Positions 1 through 11,800 of a stretch of 64,000 nt of DNA are shown here, one piece after another; positions within the stretch are counted from its first letter, which is position 1; each line of letters starts with the position of its first letter. The notes under the pieces are model-generated. The model did not search any database and had not been told where the DNA came from. It saw only the letters and a list, made by a program, of their open reading frames with translations. Source of the DNA: Balanoglossus misakiensis (lineage: Eukaryota > Animalia > Hemichordata); assembly GCA_040954595.2 (NCBI GenBank), contig CM082594.2, positions 4,139,319 through 4,203,318 of the forward strand. Reading direction: 5' to 3'. The position numbers were made by a program, and so were the translations under genes.

Positions 1-3000
1 GTCATAGCTCATGAAAATCATCTAAAAATGACAATTTTTCGACTTTCCGAAATATCAAAATTTCTTCATTTTTTGACAAAAATCATGGGTTATAGCTCAT
101 GAAAATCATCCAAAAATGACAATTTTTCGACTTTCCGAAATATCAAAATTTCTTCATTTTTTGACAAAAATCTTGGGTTATAGCTCATGAAAATCATCCA
201 AAAATGACAATTTTTCGACTTTCCGAAATATCAAAATTTCGTCATATTTTGACAATAATCATGGGTTATAGCTCATGAAAATCATCCAAAAATGACAATT
301 TTTCGACTTTCCCATTTTTTGACAAAAATCATGGCTTATAGCTCATGAAAATCATCCAAAAATGACAATTTTTCGACTTTCCGAAATATCAAAATTTCTT
401 CATTTTTTGACAAAAATCATGGGTTATAGCTCATGAAAATCATCCAAAAATGACAATTTTTCGACTTTCCGAAATATCACAATTTCGTCATATTTTGACA
501 AAAATCATGGGTTATAGCTCATGAAAATCATCCAAAAATGACAATTTTTCGACTTTCCGAAATATCAAAATTTCGTCATATTTTGACAAAAATCATGGGT
601 TATAGCTCATGAAAATCATCCAAAAATGACAATTTTTCGACTTTCCCATTTTTTGACAAAAATCATGGGTTATAGCTCATGAAAATCATCCAAAAATGAT
701 AATTTTTCGACTTTCCGAAATATCAAAATTTCTCCATTTTTTGACAAAAATCATGGGTTATAGCTCATGAAAATCATCCAAAAATGACAATTTTTCGACT
801 TTCCGAAATATCAAAATTTCGTCATATTTTGACAAAAATCATGGGTTATAGCTCATGAAAATCATCCAAAAATGACAATTTTTGGACTTTCCGAAATATC
901 AAAATTTCTCCATTTTTTGACAAAAATCATGGGTTATAGCTCATGAAAATCATCCAAAAATGACAATTTTTCGACTTTCCGAAATATCAAAATTTCTTCA
1001 TTTTTTGACAAAAATCATGGGTTATATGAAAATCATCCAAAAATGACAATTTTCCGACTTTTTGAAATATCAAAATTTCTCCATTTTTTGACAAAAATCA
1101 TGGGTTATAGCTCATGAAAATCATCCAAAAATGACAATTTTTCGACTTTCCGAAATATCAAAATTTCTTCATTTTTTGTCAAAAATCATGGGTTATAGCT
1201 CATGAAAATCATCAAAAAATGACAATTTTTCGACTTTCTGAAATATCAAAATTTCTCCATTTTTTAACAAAAATCATGGGTTATAGCTCATGAAAATCAT
1301 CCAAAAATGACAATTTTTCGACTTTCCGAAATATCAAAATTTCGTCATTTTTTGACAAAAATCATGGGTTATAGCTCATGAAAATCATCCAAAAATGACA
1401 ATTTTTCGACTTTCCGAAATATCAAAATTTCATCATTTTTTGACAAAAATCATGGGTTATAGCTCATGAAAATCATCCAAAAATGACAATTTTTCGACTT
1501 TCTGAACGATCAAAATTTCGTCATATTTTGACAAAAATCATGGGTTATAGCTCATGAAAATCATCCAAAAATGACAATTTTTCGACTTTTTGAAATATCA
1601 AAATTTCTCCATTTTTTGACAAAAATCATGGGTTATAGCTCATGAAAATCATCCAAAAATGACAATTTTTCGACTTTCCGAAATATCAAAATTTCGTCAT
1701 ATTTTGACAAAAATCATGGGTTATAGCTCATGAAAATCATCCAAAAATGACAATTTTTCGACTTTCCCATTTTTTGACAAAAATCATGGGTTATAGCTCA
1801 TGAAAATCATCCAAAAATGACAATTTTTCGACTTTCCGAAATATCAAAATTTCTTCATTTTTTGTCAAAAATCATGGGTTATAGCTCATGAAAATCATCA
1901 AAAAATGACAATTTTTCGACTTTCTGAAATATCAAAATTTCTCCATTTTTTAACAAAAATCATGGGTTATAGCTCATGAAAATCATCCAAAAATGACAAT
2001 TTTTCGACTTTCCGAAATATCAAAATTTCGTCATTTTTTGACAAAAATCATGGGTTATAGCTCATGAAAATCATCCAAAAATGACAATTTTTCGACTTTC
2101 CGAAATATCAAAATTTCATCATTTTTTGACAAAAATCATGGGTTATAGCTCATGAAAATCATCCAAAAATGACAATTTTTCGACTTTCTGAACGATCAAA
2201 ATTTCGTCATATTTTGACAAAAATCATGGGTTATAGCTCATGAAAATCATCCAAAAATGACAATTTTTCGACTTTTTGAAATATCAAAATTTCTCCATTT
2301 TTTGACAAAAATCATGGGTTATAGCTCATGAAAATCATCCAAAAATGACAATTTTTCGACTTTCCGAAATATCAAAATTTCGTCATATTTTGACAAAAAT
2401 CATGGGTTATAGCTCATGAAAATCATCCAAAAATGACAATTTTTCGACTTTCCCATTTTTTGACAAAAATCATGGGTTATAGCTCATGAAAATCATCCAA
2501 AAATGATAATTTTTCGACTTTCCGAAATATCAAAATTTCTCCATTTTTTGACAAAAATCATGGGTTATAGCTCATGAAAATCATCCAAAAATGACAATTT
2601 TTCGACTTTCCGAAATATCAAAATTTCGTCATATTTTGACAAAAATCATGGGTTATAGCTCATGAAAATCATCCAAAAATGACAATTTTTCGACTTTCCG
2701 AAATATCAAAATTTCTTCATTTTTTGACAAAAATCATGGGTTATATGAAAATCATCCAAAAATGACAATTTTCCGACTTTTTGAAATATCAAAATTTCTC
2801 CATTTTTTGACAAAAATCATGGGTTATAGCTCATGAAAATCATCCAAAAATGACAATTTTTCGACTTTCCGAAATATCAAAATTTCATCATTTTTTGTCA
2901 AAAATCATGGGTTATAGCTCATGAAAATCATCAAAAAATGACAATTTTTCGACTTTCTGAAATATCAAAATTTCTCCATTTTTTAACAAAAATCATGGGT

Positions 3001-6000
3001 TATAGCTCATGAAAATCATCCAAAAATGACAATTTTTCGACTTTCCGAAATATCAAAATTTCGTCATTTTTTGACAAAAATCATGGGTTATAGCTCATGA
3101 AAATCATCCAAAAATGACAATTTTTCGACTTTCCGAAATATCAAAATTTCATCATTTTTTGACAAAAATCATGGGTTATAGCTCATGAAAATCATCCAAA
3201 AATGACAATTTTTCGACTTTCTGAACGATCAAAATTTCGTCATATTTTGACAAAAATCATGGGTTATAGCTCATGAAAATCATCCAAAAATGACAATTTT
3301 TCGACTTTTTGAAATATCAAAATTTCTCCATTTTTTGACAAAAATCATGGGTTATAGCTCATGAAAATCATCCAAAAATGACAATTTTTCGACTTTCCGA
3401 AATATCAAAATTTCATCATTTTTTGACAAAAATCATGGGTTATAGCTCATGAAAATCATCCAAAAATGACAATTTTTCGACTTTTTGAAATATCAAAATT
3501 TCTCCATTTTTTGACAAAAATCATGGGTTATAGCTCATGAAAATCATCCAAAAATGACAATTTTTCGACTTTCCGAAATATCAAAATTTCGTCATATTTT
3601 GACAAAAATCATGGGTTATAGCTCATGAAAATCATCCAAAAATGACAATTTTTCGACTTTCCCATTTTTTGACAAAAATCATGGGTTATAGCTCATGAAA
3701 ATCATCCAAAAATGACAATTTTTCGACTTTCCGAAATATCAAAATTTCTTCATTTTTTGTCAAAAATCATGGGTTATAGCTCATGAAAATCATCAAAAAA
3801 TGACAATTTTTCGACTTTCTGAAATATCAAAATTTCTCCATTTTTTAACAAAAATCATGGGTTATAGCTCATGAAAATCATCCAAAAATGACAATTTTTC
3901 GACTTTCCGAAATATCAAAATTTCGTCATTTTTTGACAAAAATCATGGGTTATAGCTCATGAAAATCATCCAAAAATGACAATTTTTCGACTTTCCGAAA
4001 TATCAAAATTTCATCATTTTTTGACAAAAATCATGGGTTATAGCTCATGAAAATCATCCAAAAATGACAATTTTTCGACTTTCTGAACGATCAAAATTTC
4101 GTCATATTTTGACAAAAATCATGGGTTATAGCTCATGAAAATCATCCAAAAATGACAATTTTTCGACTTTTTGAAATATCAAAATTTCTCCATTTTTTGA
4201 CAAAAATCATGGGTTATAGCTCATGAAAATCATCCAAAAATGACAATTTTTCGACTTTCCGAAATATCAAAATTTCGTCATATTTTGACAAAAATCATGG
4301 GTTATAGCTCATGAAAATCATCCAAAAATGACAATTTTTCGACTTTCCCATTTTTTGACAAAAATCATGGGTTATAGCTCATGAAAATCATCCAAAAATG
4401 ATAATTTTTCGACTTTCCGAAATATCAAAATTTCTCCATTTTTTGACAAAAATCATGGGTTATAGCTCATGAAAATCATCCAAAAATGACAATTTTTCGA
4501 CTTTCCGAAATATCAAAATTTCGTCATATTTTGACAAAAATCATGGGTTATAGCTCATGAAAATCATCCAAAAATGACAATTTTTGGACTTTCCGAAATA
4601 TCAAAATTTCTCCATTTTTTGACAAAAATCATGGGTTATAGCTCATGAAAATCATCCAAAAATGACAATTTTTCGACTTTCCGAAATATCAAAATTTCTT
4701 CATTTTTTGACAAAAATCATGGGTTATATGAAAATCATCCAAAAATGACAATTTTCCGACTTTTTGAAATATCAAAATTTCTCCATTTTTTGACAAAAAT
4801 CATGGGTTATAGCTCATGAAAATCATCCAAAAATGACAATTTTTCGACTTTCCGAAATATCAAAATTTCTTCATTTTTTGTCAAAAATCATGGGTTATAG
4901 CTCATGAAAATCATCAAAAAATGACAATTTTTCGACTTTCTGAAATATCAAAATTTCTCCATTTTTTAACAAAAATCATGGGTTATAGCTCATGAAAATC
5001 ATCCAAAAATGACAATTTTTCGACTTTCCGAAATATCAAAATTTCGTCATTTTTTGACAAAAATCATGGGTTATAGCTCATGAAAATCATCCAAAAATGA
5101 CAATTTTTCGACTTTCCGAAATATCAAAATTTCATCATTTTTTGACAAAAATCATGGGTTATAGCTCATGAAAATCATCCAAAAATGACAATTTTTCGAC
5201 TTTCTGAACGATCAAAATTTCGTCATATTTTGACAAAAATCATGGGTTATAGCTCATGAAAATCATCCAAAAATGACAATTTTTCGACTTTTTGAAATAT
5301 CAAAATTTCTCCATTTTTTGACAAAAATCATGGGTTATAGCTCATGAAAATCATCCAAAAATGACAATTTTTCGACTTTCCGAAATATCAAAATTTCGTC
5401 ATATTTTGACAAAAATCATGGGTTATAGCTCATGAAAATCATCCAAAAATGACAATTTTTCGACTTTCCCATTTTTTGACAAAAATCATGGGTTATAGCT
5501 CATGAAAATCATCCAAAAATGACAATTTTTCGACTTTCCGAAATATCAAAATTTCTTCATTTTTTGTCAAAAATCATGGGTTATAGCTCATGAAAATCAT
5601 CAAAAAATGACAATTTTTCGACTTTCTGAAATATCAAAATTTCTCCATTTTTTAACAAAAATCATGGGTTATAGCTCATGAAAATCATCCAAAAATGACA
5701 ATTTTTCGACTTTCCGAAATATCAAAATTTCGTCATTTTTTGACAAAAATCATGGGTTATAGCTCATGAAAATCATCCAAAAATGACAATTTTTCGACTT
5801 TCCGAAATATCAAAATTTCATCATTTTTTGACAAAAATCATGGGTTATAGCTCATGAAAATCATCCAAAAATGACAATTTTTCGACTTTCTGAACGATCA
5901 AAATTTCGTCATATTTTGACAAAAATCATGGGTTATAGCTCATGAAAATCATCCAAAAATGACAATTTTTCGACTTTTTGAAATATCAAAATTTCTCCAT

Positions 6001-7115
6001 TTTTTGACAAAAATCATGGGTTATAGCTCATGAAAATCATCCAAAAATGACAATTTTTCGACTTTCCGAAATATCAAAATTTCGTCATATTTTGACAAAA
6101 ATCATGGGTTATAGCTCATGAAAATCATCCAAAAATGACAATTTTTCGACTTTCCGAAATATCAAAATTTCGTCATATTTTGACAAAAATCATGGGTTAT
6201 AGCTCATGAAAATCATCCAAAAATGACAATTTTTGGACTTTTTGAAATATCAAAATTTCTCCATTTTTTGACAAAAATCATGGGTTATAGCTCATGAAAA
6301 TCATCCAAGAATGACAATTTTTCGACTTTCCGAAATATCAAAATTTCGTCATTTTTTGACAAAAATCATGGGTTATAGCTCATGAAAATCATCCAAAAAT
6401 GACAATTTTCCGACTTTCTGAAATATCAAAATTTCGTCATATTTTGACAAAAATCATGGGTTATAGCTCATGAAAATCATCCAAAAATGACAATTTTCCG
6501 ACTTTTTGAAATATCAAAATTTCTCCATTTTTTGACAAAAATCATGGGTTATAGCTCATGAAAATCATCCAAAAATGACAATTTTTCGACTTTCCGAAAT
6601 ATCAAAATTTCTTCATTTTTTGACAAAAATCATGGGTTATAGCTCATGAAAATCATCCAAAAATGACAATTTTTCGACTTTCCGAAATATCAAAATTTCT
6701 CCATTTTTTGACAAAAATCATGGGTTATAGCTCATGAAAATCATCCAAAAATGACAATTTTTCGACTTTCCGAAATATCAAAATTTCTTCATTTTTTGTC
6801 AAAAATCATGGGTTATAGCTCATGAAAATCATCAAAAAATGGCAATTTTTCGACTTTTTGAAATATCAAAATTTCTCCATTTTTTGACAAAAATCATGGG
6901 TTATAGCTCATGAAAATCATCCAAAAATGACAATTTTTCTATTTTCCGAATTTTTAAAATTTCTTCTTTTTTAAAAAAAAATCATGGGTTATAGCTCATG
7001 AAAATCATCCAAAAATGACGATTTTTCAACATTCCGAAAAATCAAAATTTCTTCATTTTTGAAAAAAATCATGGGTTATAGCTCATGAAAATCATCCATT
7101 CCGAAATATCAAAAT
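1..7115. repeat. Tandem satellite array, 88-bp monomer (plus 70-bp and 83-bp deletion variants), continuing beyond the left edge
   Basis: The monomer GGTTATAGCTCATGAAAATCATCCAAAAATGACAATTTTTCGACTTTCCGAAATATCAAAATTTC(T/G)TCATTTTTTGACAAAAATCATG recurs throughout. TATAGCTC starts at 91, 179 and 267 (88-bp steps), then 337 (70-bp variant). Monomers diverge after ~6900 and the array ends at ~7115. Confidence 0.98.
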
Positions 7116-7259
7116 AGAACAGCTGGCCTTTTTAAAGCCAGTTATGTATTCATTCAGGAATTTGCTGTGTATATAAATATCACAGGATGGAGTTCCTGCC
7201 TAATTAAAACAACTCAATAAAGTAAATACACACGTCCACTTTGTAAAGCAATCTGACCA

Positions 7260-7512
7260 GTAGTTCTTGAGTTACTGAGTTTTGACCAAAATCACATTTT
7301 TCCAGCTAATTTGCTTATTTTTGGCAATGACAACTTCATTTGAACAAACTCCCATCTACAGCCCAGCCTGTATCTCCACACCAAATATCAAGGTGATACA
7401 CGCAGCGGTTTTCAAGTTTTTGATGTGGACGGACATACTAGACATACATCCATACATACAGACGCAACCGATCCCATAAGGTCCCATGGTATAAACCAAT
7501 GGGACCTAAAAA
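7260..7512 (+). mobile_element. Possible Helentron/DINE-like non-autonomous element fragment
   Basis: A GACG/CATA microsatellite-like core is followed by the stem-loop GGTCCCATGGTATAAACCAATGGGACC and an A-run. A related end (GATCCCA-AAG-TCCCA...ACCAAATGGGACCTAAAA) occurs at ~49519-49587. The family assignment is inference. Confidence 0.35.
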
Positions 7513-8870
7513 AGGCTTTGTCTCTACAGTTATTTTTGATTGTGTTCTTTTTTTGATCTTATTTTGTTTACATTATCATGAATTCGACGCATTGAAACCT
7601 ATTTGTTTCTTTATTTTTTGAAAACAGCGTCAAGGACACTGGAATGAAAAATCGCATGCAGGTGACATTGGCAAGCAACAGTTTTTGCAGTTATGCTGTT
7701 AATTTTGGAAGAAGCTTTTTTTCTCTCAAAAATCAAAATTATAAAACAGTGGGTTTTTCATCAGCTTTGCTAACTATTGCAATAAGTAATTAGTTAAATA
7801 GTTCGGAAGTAACTGGACTGAACACATAGTGTATGTGAATATAACAAGATGAGTCTTTTATTTTCAACCTTCTTTCTGACTACACTGACACAACTTGTAC
7901 AGAACAGAGTTGTGAGTTCACAACAGTACATGTATTGCATTACAATAGAATTACTGAAGTCTCGTGGAAACATGTTGCTAATTTGCAAACTTTTTAATAC
8001 ATTATTTTCCAAAACATATGAGCACATTTGGTTCATATCTGGTTTGCAAAGTGTTTGGGGCCAAAAATTCCTGTTTTTTTGGAAATAATTATTCAGTTGA
8101 GTAGGAGTCACTTTGTTCACTCAGTGAAAAAAATATATTTCTGCCAGGGTAGTTTAGGTTCCTTTGCCAACAACTTCGACAATTCTCCTGGTGAGTATAA
8201 ATCTGCTGATGGAGGTTAAGTAACTGGGGAACCATGTATGTGGAAGAGTCTCAATAATTGGATAAATTCTGTTTTACAAAAGGGTTTTTCCACGACCAGG
8301 TTGGCTGTATTATGGCATGAGTGAGGCACTTATTCTACTAAAGCATTTTTCTCATGGATAAGACTTTTGCAAGACACTCACACGTCAGTAATCCAATAAA
8401 TTTGCTTGAAATAATTTTAACAAGCAGCGGTTTGTGTGCTTTAACCCTTTCACAACTATGGTTTGGTCCAAATCCATTGTTTTCTATGGTACAATTGGAC
8501 CTAAAATGACAGAACTGGGGGTGAATGGCCTACATTTCCAGTGATAACACAAATAGCTACTGATGGTGTTTATCAGCACAATACGCAAGAACATGACATG
8601 TTTACATGTTGTATCCAAGTCCATCTAATTCATGTCTTTCCAACACCATATGTCTAAATATCTGCCTGACCTCACCCTGCTCCCCCAATCCCTACCACTC
8701 TCCTCAACCCTCTTGAACCCAACATGTACCCCAAACATCTCCTCATAGTATACACCTCACTGTCTTGCCCCCCCCCCCCATTCTTCACCCATCCCAACCC
8801 ACAAACCAATCCCACTCTTCAGCCAACCCAAATCCCATGTCCAATTTGCTGAGGTAATATTGTTCTTAAT

Positions 8871-11800
8871 TCAGTTCATCAAAACCTCCAGTTGCACCAG
8901 TCGGGCGTTGGTGTCCCCAGGCATTCTGTACGGCAACATTCCTGCAAATGTTATCAACGCCTTCGCTTGCTTCCTTAGGTAGCCGATGAACTGCGAGTAC
9001 AAAAACAAAACAGAGGCATTACAAACCGCAATTTTGTACTTACCAGACAAAACTCTTACTTTACCCAAATTTTGTCTTCCAGTCTGACTCTTGCTCTCTG
9101 TATACACTACCAGAGCATAGATACTGTAAAACACTTTATTTTCGCGATCGCGAGCAATAAATTTCCGCGAAATAGCGTGAAAATAAAAAGTCGCGTAAAT
9201 TTTTTTGGAAGATAACGATGCAGTGAATGAAATAAGAGAACGTGAAAATTAATACTCGCGAAACAGTTGCCTCTCTGGATATCGCGAAAATTTCAGGTAC
9301 ACTGTGCCTGTTCCGATCAGCTAGTTACACACACCCCCTCTCCCCCAACTACATAATCTGTTTCTTTTGATGCCATTCCAATCATTTCTGTTTCCTCAGA
9401 AAAGTCAATGAAGACAGTAATCAGAAAGGTCACTTTCATGACCCCTGAGTGACCTTTATTTTGTTGGCAGGACATCACACCTTTCAACGTGACATAAAAC
9501 GTGCACCATTTTATAACAGAAAAAAATAAAATTTTCTGTACAAAGTGGAGTCAGAATGCACAAATTCTATGTTATGGTTGACTGTTCCACAGATAAAACT
9601 ACGAAATAGTACATCCATACCAACAAAATGCCAGGATGTAAAGGTCACATAGAGGTCATGAAAGTGGCCTATCAACTTCCCCGACAAACAACACAGTCAC
9701 ACTTACAGCGTCCCTTCCGCCATCTTCTGCTCGTAGTCCCTGTTTCCGTGGCAACTGCGTGCTTGTGTTTTTCATATTCTTGTATTGAGCGTACAAGATG
9801 TTCATGGTGGCCAACAGCACAGCTGCGAGATTGTGACGTATCTGCCACAAAAACAATAATACATGAATAATAAATTAAAAGCCTAATCTCTGAGGCACTA
9901 CCACAAAATTTCATTTCAATTAACAGCAGCACTATAATAGTTGACATATTTAATGTCAACATGACAAGATTTGTTAAGAATTACAGAAAGTGTGTTAAAT
10001 GATCACAGTGTACGATTTCTCGCCCACCTAGGAACCTTTAATACACACAATGAAGTTTGTCCTATACATGTATTGCATATAAGAAATTAAGATAATAATA
10101 GACAAGAAATTAAAAATATAATAGACAAGAAATTAAGAAAATACTAAACAAGAATTAAGAAAATAATAATCAACAAGAAATTAAGAAAAAAAAAGTTAAC
10201 GAACATTACCTCATCTGTGTATTGTTTAAATGCATGGACTCTTGATTCCACTGTGTCGGACGTTAATGGCACCAATTTCAGTTTCTGGATGATCTGACAG
10301 AAAAAAAATACAGTCGATGATGGTGACGCCAAACAATTTTAAGATATCTAACTAAGGTTGGACCCAGCAAACAAAATTCCAAAGCAATAAGAGCAGAAAT
10401 TTCAGAGAAGAAGTCAATTGTTGATGGACAATGGACGTACAACTTACGGTCATAGCATCTTCCAAGTGGCCATCATGGAAGTAATCGAAGAACGAGATCA
10501 GATCCAGTAACATGTAGAAGGTCTGTGTGGTCGCTTGACCTCCTCGATGACCCTGTGAATGGTATCTACAGAAACATACAAACACATAGAAAATAAACCC
10601 TTGAAAATGGTTGTGATTTTCGTCTAAATTTCTCATTGGTTCAAGAAAGATACTTCTACATCCTAGCATAGATTATAATAAGGTGCACGCATTCAGGTCA
10701 CTGTAAGCTCCATAAAGATGACATACTACTTTCAATATGTACATGTATTAAAGGGACAAAGTCTCTCTCGCTGCCTTTTTTCATTAATTATGTTTGATAC
10801 TATACACCGTTTTTGTTATTCTAGATGTGGATATATAGTGAATCAATGTTCGACCACACACAACTTCCATCCCACTTGTAGACACTTTAGTGAAAAACTC
10901 GCCAAAATGAATAATTGGTCTCTACCATTTATTCATTTTGGGTGAGTTTTTACTCTCATATCATACAAGTGGGATGGAAGTTGTCTGTGGTTGAACATTC
11001 ATTCACTACATATACACATGTACATTAACATAAACGGTGTCTTATATCAAACATAATGAATGGAATAAGGGCAGCGAGAGAGAGACTTTGTCCCTTTAAC
11101 TGACTAACTAGCCTGGCCACAGGTTAGGGCACAGGTGAGATTTACACAAAATCACTGCAATTAATGACTAACCTTCCAGCAATCGCCAACGCTAAATCAT
11201 TATAGCGACTCCTCGACGACTGAGGACTGCCTGGTGATGACACCAACGGGCTTAACAGCTTATTCAACAATTCCAACACTTTGTCATGATTCTAAAAGAA
11301 AGTAAGAATGAATGAATGAGTGAATGAAAGAATGTATGAATGAATGAATGAATGAATGAATGAATGAATGAATGAATGAATGAAGGAATGAAGGAATGGA
11401 AGAATTATATTTATTGTTGATTACAATAAACATTTCCCCCCTCCAAAAGCAACTGTCACATGTCAATGATTAACAGGATGCAATAAAAGGAAGCCCGAGG
11501 CAGAATCTTTCATTCTCCTCTTAAAACGCCTCATTTTCATGTCTTTCACTTCCACTTTCAAGATCTCACACAGAAGACAACCAGATGATTCCCCGCCCCC
11601 GAAGAAAAAAACAACATGTTTTATAAACAGATCTTCCTCTTTTGACCTTTTTTGTGAGCTCTGTCCTAATCACGTCCTGAGACAAGCCTCGATGCTAACT
11701 GCATTATTGAGTTATGTTAATCATCAATAATGATAAAGATTTATCAATGGCGAATATTCATGAACCTTGTGTCCCCGTTTACCAATTTCTGGGAAAATGG

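Noticed and set aside
1-7115. CRISPR-like array
   Set aside because: The units are contiguous near-identical monomers with no unique spacers, there are no cas genes, and the context is eukaryotic.
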